DNA of 37,242 bases from Thermoplasmatota archaeon (GTDB lineage: Archaea; Thermoplasmatota; Poseidoniia; Poseidoniales; Poseidoniaceae), in the NCBI GenBank assembly GCA_036021875.1, contig JAYXVG010000001.1, positions 1-37,242 on the forward strand, read 5' to 3'. Made by a program: the position numbers and the translations under genes. The notes under the pieces are model-generated. The model searched no databases. It was not told where the DNA came from and worked only from the letters and a program-made list of their open reading frames with translations. Positions 33,561 through 37,242 of the stretch are shown piece after piece (within the stretch, counting starts at the first letter, position 1; every line of letters starts with the position of its first letter).

Positions 33561-34586
33561 ATGGCGAAAATACTCTTGACAGGATTTGAGCCATTTGGTG
33601 ACAACTCAACAAATATCTCTCAACAAATTCTCAATATCTTCGACACTACACTCGAAATTTCTGACCCTTGGTATGCAGCAAGGAACGATATGTCGAGTAA
33701 AGAGAACATATCTCTAGTAGTGGAAAAACAATTGTTGACAGTTGATGAAGTTGGTTCGAAAATTGTTGCTAATCGGATTATCAACGGGGAGCATTGGGAC
33801 GCAGTTATTCACATGGGCTTGTGCGAATCATGTGACTTCGTTCGATTTGAAACACGGGCTCAAAATTTTATTGATATGAGAATACCTGACAATAAAGGGA
33901 GGTTGGTGAAAAACGAAAAACTTGGCAATACAGATTTTTACTGCCTCAACAAAGTAATATCTTCCGTAAAGTATCCACGCATTGAGTCATTGGTTATCTC
34001 ATCTGATGCTGGGACATATTTGTGTAATGAAACCTACTATCGCACTTTTGAAGCGCTAAACAATGCCGAAAAATTAGCAAATGTTCCAATTTGCTTTCTC
34101 CATCTACCGGGTGATGATAAGTTATCGACAAAACAATCCATTGAGATAGTAAAACAAGTAATTTCCCGGCTATTTTTCAAGCCTGTAATTGATGTGGTTG
34201 GCGCAGTCTGGTGCGATGGAGACAAGGTTATGTTGGCGAGACGTGATCAAGGTTGTCAGATGCCGGGTTTTTGGGAGTTCCCTGGTGGGAAAATTGAATT
34301 TGGGGAGACGTTAAACGCAGCAATATGTCGGGAAATGAAGGAAGAGTTTGGTATCAATGTTACTCCAATTGGGTATTTTGGCCAACATTACCACGAGTAT
34401 GGTGATTTTTCAATCAACCTGAATTTAGTTAAAGTTCAAGCAAATATCGATGAGTTATATGAGCGACGTTCTCAGTGGACATCACATGATGAAGTATCAT
34501 GGTTCTCTAAGATTGAGGGAATTGATATAGCAGAAGCGGATAAGAAATTGGCTGTAGATATTTTCGACCAAATCAATGCCAAGTAG
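33561..34586 (+). CDS. Fusion protein: pyroglutamyl-peptidase I (peptidase C15, Pcp) + MutT-type Nudix hydrolase
   Basis: The Pcp half: MAKILLTGFEPFG, IHMGLCES..FETRAQNFIDMRIPDNKG (catalytic Glu context), SSDAGTYLCNETYY (Cys 34023-34025), CFLHLP (His). The Nudix half: GAVWCDGDKVMLARR...WEFPGGKIEFGETLNAAICREMKEEFGI, with the Nudix box GX5EX7REUXEEXGU at 34287-34355. Start taken at ATG 33561 (or 33555), not the track's 33477. Confidence 0.85.
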   Translation: MAKILLTGFEPFGDNSTNISQQILNIFDTTLEISDPWYAARNDMSSKENISLVVEKQLLTVDEVGSKIVANRIINGEHWDAVIHMGLCESCDFVRFETRAQNFIDMRIPDNKGRLVKNEKLGNTDFYCLNKVISSVKYPRIESLVISSDAGTYLCNETYYRTFEALNNAEKLANVPICFLHLPGDDKLSTKQSIEIVKQVISRLFFKPVIDVVGAVWCDGDKVMLARRDQGCQMPGFWEFPGGKIEFGETLNAAICREMKEEFGINVTPIGYFGQHYHEYGDFSINLNLVKVQANIDELYERRSQWTSHDEVSWFSKIEGIDIAEADKKLAVDIFDQINAK

Positions 34587-35088
34587 AAGCTTCACCATCT
34601 GAATTCATCGTTCTCTCGTCATCTATGCGCCTAGGGACCACATCTCTACCATTATGCCAAGTTGCTGCCTCAATCCATGCTGGTAAATCATCTCCCGAGA
34701 GTTCAATTTGAATCACTCCACCAAGTGGATTTTCGTTTGGTAAATTAAAAGCAATCTTGTTGACCATTGAAGCCTGCCTCAATATCTCAAACGAAGTATA
34801 GTTGTCTATCAAGTTTAGACTCATTACATCCAGTGCAGTGTCTAGAATTGCTTGTTGGTGAATTAAGCGCAAAAATGTGTTCATTGAGATATTTTCTTGG
34901 GATAGCTGGTGGTCTGATGGGCTGCCAAAACTAGGCTCATCAATACCTGATACGCTGTTGAAATCTGGGAATATATTTTGAACACTTTGGATTACTAGAC
35001 TTGGTGATTCAGCACCACTAACCCTTGTTGATATGACTACTTTGATTCCTTCATCAATACCGTTTAGCAGGATGTTAATGCCTGTCAT
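34573..35088 (-). CDS. UPF0201/DUF54-like putative RNA-binding protein
   Basis: From memory of the COG1931 family: an N-terminal I-x-V-x-a-x-V-x-p-[ST]-E pattern (VVISTRVSGAESPSLVIQSVQNIFPDF) and C-terminal ILRQASMVNKIAFNLPNENPLGGVIQIEL...WIEAATW. The function call is tentative. The 3' end overlaps the Pcp-Nudix 3' end by 14 nt. Confidence 0.45.
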   Translation of the reverse strand: MTGINILLNGIDEGIKVVISTRVSGAESPSLVIQSVQNIFPDFNSVSGIDEPSFGSPSDHQLSQENISMNTFLRLIHQQAILDTALDVMSLNLIDNYTSFEILRQASMVNKIAFNLPNENPLGGVIQIELSGDDLPAWIEAATWHNGRDVVPRRIDDERTMNSDGEASTWH

Positions 35089-35168
35089 AAATCGGCCATG
35101 TATGATTTACTCTTCAAACTGTTTATTTTTTTATCATATTCAGTAAGTATGAAAACAAACAAGCCAAT

Positions 35169-35173
35169 GGTGG
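35169..35173 (+). promoter_or_regulatory. Shine-Dalgarno-like GGTGG for the GT2 gene
   Basis: aatGGTGGcacATG, with a 3-nt spacer to ATG 35177. Confidence 0.35.
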
Positions 35174-35176
35174 CAC

Positions 35177-36232
35177 ATGGCTGACCTAAGCAAACCAGAA
35201 GTTGCAACGGTCATTCCGGTGCTGAACGAAGCTGATTCAATTATCAAATGTTTAGATTCATTGTGTAACCAATCCTATCCAAGCGATTTGCACCAAATTT
35301 ATGTTTTTGATGGCGGTTCAACAGATAATACCTACCAGATTGTTCAGGATTTTGTCAATTTGAGAGAGAATGTTAATCCTATCATACATCTGTACAAAAA
35401 TCCTGGTAAATACGTGGCAAACGCAAGAAACCTAGCACTTGAAATAGTGCCAAAATCAGTAAAGTATCTACTCGAGATGATTGGCCACTGCTCGGTGCAA
35501 TATGACCACATTGAAACTCTGATTGGAGTAATGGAAAACCTTCAGGATTTAACTGGAAATAATGTTGGTGCACTTGGTGCCAAGGTGGTGCCACAATCAG
35601 ATAATCTGAATTTAATCGAGTCATGGATTGAGGCTGGATTGTCCTCGCCATTGGCCAGAGGTAATGGCCAATTTGATCAATTCTCTGGAACTGAAGAGAC
35701 CAAGGTTCCAGCATTTTGTTTGCACCTAAAAAGGGCGGTTGTTGATGTTGGAGGCTGGGATACTAGCTTCATAACAAGTCAGGATAGTGATTTATCGATG
35801 AGGATGAGAAATAAAGGATATCAACTGTATCGAACAAGTGATGTAAAAGTGCAGATGGCAAAAAGAAGTTCTCTACAAAGTTGGGCAAAAATGGGCTTCA
35901 GATATGGCTTTTGGAGAACAAGGTTGCTCAAACGTCACCATAATCGCATCAGTTTCAGAGAGTATTTACCATGGCTGGGATTTATCTTAACAACAATTCT
36001 ATTCTTGTCTGGAGTAAATTATTGGTATTTACCCATTATCATATATTCGATAGCCTTGTTGTTCGAGGGAACAAGGATTTCGTTACGATGGCGTCACATC
36101 TCGTTGATTATTGGTATACCTATTGTAATCGTAATTTTACACAGTAGTTTTTCCCTGGGTTTGCTTTATGGAGTCATTGGAAAGCCCAAATCTTTCAATG
36201 AAAGGGAATCAAAAAATGGTAACCTAGATTAG
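35177..36232 (+). CDS. Family 2 glycosyltransferase with C-terminal TM helices (dolichyl-phosphate sugar transferase-like)
   Basis: ATVIPVLNEADSIIKCLDSLCNQSYP...IYVFDGGSTDNT (GT2 N-terminal signature), the acidic motif TSQDSDLSMR, and C-terminal hydrophobic helices (LPWLGFILTTILFLSGVNYWYLPIIIYSIALLF, ISLIIGIPIVIVILHSSFSLGLLYGVI). Confidence 0.85.
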   Translation: MADLSKPEVATVIPVLNEADSIIKCLDSLCNQSYPSDLHQIYVFDGGSTDNTYQIVQDFVNLRENVNPIIHLYKNPGKYVANARNLALEIVPKSVKYLLEMIGHCSVQYDHIETLIGVMENLQDLTGNNVGALGAKVVPQSDNLNLIESWIEAGLSSPLARGNGQFDQFSGTEETKVPAFCLHLKRAVVDVGGWDTSFITSQDSDLSMRMRNKGYQLYRTSDVKVQMAKRSSLQSWAKMGFRYGFWRTRLLKRHHNRISFREYLPWLGFILTTILFLSGVNYWYLPIIIYSIALLFEGTRISLRWRHISLIIGIPIVIVILHSSFSLGLLYGVIGKPKSFNERESKNGNLD

Positions 36233-36260
36233 GAACATAATTGAGCATGGTTTGGTAGTT

Positions 36261-37211
36261 ATGACTGATAAATCACTTAGTTCACAGAGTGTTTCTGTGT
36301 TGCCCGTTTTACTGCTCGGGTTTACTCACGTGGTTGTAACACCGCTTCGCGAGGTATTTTCTATTGAGCCCATGCTCATGATACCATACTATCTAGTTGG
36401 CATACTTATTGGCATTTTCATATACAGGAAATCTAACACTGTCAAGGACTACGAATACCGTCGTTCAAAGGTCATGAAAAACATGAAGAATGTCTATGCA
36501 GCTGAAGAATCAGGTGTCTGGCAGACAAACGTTGAGGTGCCAGACAAGATAACCGATGAATACAATCTTTCTGCAGATGTTTCTGTAATTTCGAAGGAAG
36601 CACCAGAATTAGAATTATCTGAGGACGAAAAGGTTGAGGTATCTATGTTGAATGAATCACAACGCGTTATTGAAGCAACGCGGAGGGTATCTGGTCAATC
36701 TACATTTGACGAACAAGAGGTCGAATCTACGATTGGTGCGAGTAGAAAATCTAGTCCAATGGATAGATTTCTAGATTTTCTAACGGGAATAGTTGGTAAT
36801 AAGTCCTCCCGCGAGGTTCGGGAACAAACACGACTTGCGGCTCTAAGAGCCGCTTCACAAGCATCTCCAGTAAAGGCCGAAAAGCCACAAGCTCCAATCC
36901 AATATGAGCGAAATGAAGTCAAAATTGGCCCAGATAATTCATATGTAGACAATTTTGATGATGATACAAATAATGAATTCAGTAATGCGGTTGTTAGTGA
37001 GCCACAGCAAGTAAACAAGACATCAGTTTTTGCCCCTCCAAAAAATGATTCAACTATTGCACAAAGTCTAGAATCAATGGCAATGCTTTCTTCAAACGAA
37101 CCAACTAAAATTATACCGCCGGGTGCTCCACTTGGAGAGCGGTGTCGGGCGTGTGGCTACCCAATCAAGCCATCAGACAGATTTTGTGAAAACTGTGGGA
37201 TAGACATCTAA
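36261..37211 (+). CDS. Membrane protein with a long disordered linker and a C-terminal zinc ribbon
   Basis: Two N-terminal hydrophobic helices (VSVLPVLLLGFTHVVV, MLMIPYYLVGILIGIFIY), a low-complexity middle region, and C-terminal CRACGYPIKPSDRFCENCG (CxxC-x10-CxxC). Start taken at ATG 36261 rather than TTG 36252. Confidence 0.6.
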   Translation: MTDKSLSSQSVSVLPVLLLGFTHVVVTPLREVFSIEPMLMIPYYLVGILIGIFIYRKSNTVKDYEYRRSKVMKNMKNVYAAEESGVWQTNVEVPDKITDEYNLSADVSVISKEAPELELSEDEKVEVSMLNESQRVIEATRRVSGQSTFDEQEVESTIGASRKSSPMDRFLDFLTGIVGNKSSREVREQTRLAALRAASQASPVKAEKPQAPIQYERNEVKIGPDNSYVDNFDDDTNNEFSNAVVSEPQQVNKTSVFAPPKNDSTIAQSLESMAMLSSNEPTKIIPPGAPLGERCRACGYPIKPSDRFCENCGIDI

Positions 37212-37242
37212 CTTCACCCGTGATATTGAAAGATGTTAGGGA

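Overview
Almost gap-free coding window from an archaeon. The evidence is CDP-archaeol synthase CarS, an AglB/STT3 oligosaccharyltransferase, class-III (prepilin-type) signal peptides, a UPF0201-like protein and Shine-Dalgarno motifs matching GGAGGTGA. The giant acidic secreted proteins, proteases and very tight gene packing would suit a planktonic marine euryarchaeon (Marine Group II-like), but that is inference only. Housekeeping genes sit at both ends: carS and purD on the left; a Pcp-Nudix fusion, a UPF0201-like gene, a GT2 and a zinc-ribbon membrane protein on the right. Between them lies a ~30-kb cell-envelope block (about 3.4-33.1 kb) with eight parts. (1) A 3192-aa ORF in which a complete AglB catalytic core is fused to about 2000 aa of sequon-rich Ig-like surface repeats and a C-terminal anchor. 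(2) A membrane-anchored subtilase. (3) A 1470-aa beta-helix surface protein, with a paralog truncated at the left edge. (4) A wHTH-STAND ATPase-TPR protein coupled to it. (5) On the opposite strand, an MBL-fold hydrolase followed by three translationally coupled genes that each begin with a prepilin-like signal, with no pilus ATPase or platform gene in the window. (6) A 1914-aa protein with thrombospondin-type-3-like calcium-binding repeats and a propeller-like core. (7) A small acidic orphan. (8) An HExxH lipoprotein. I saw no rRNA, tRNA, CRISPR, transposase or integrase. All domain calls come from motif recognition by eye; no searches were run. Several track ORFs begin at TTG/GTG, and I moved their starts to downstream ATGs where an SD or family knowledge supports it.
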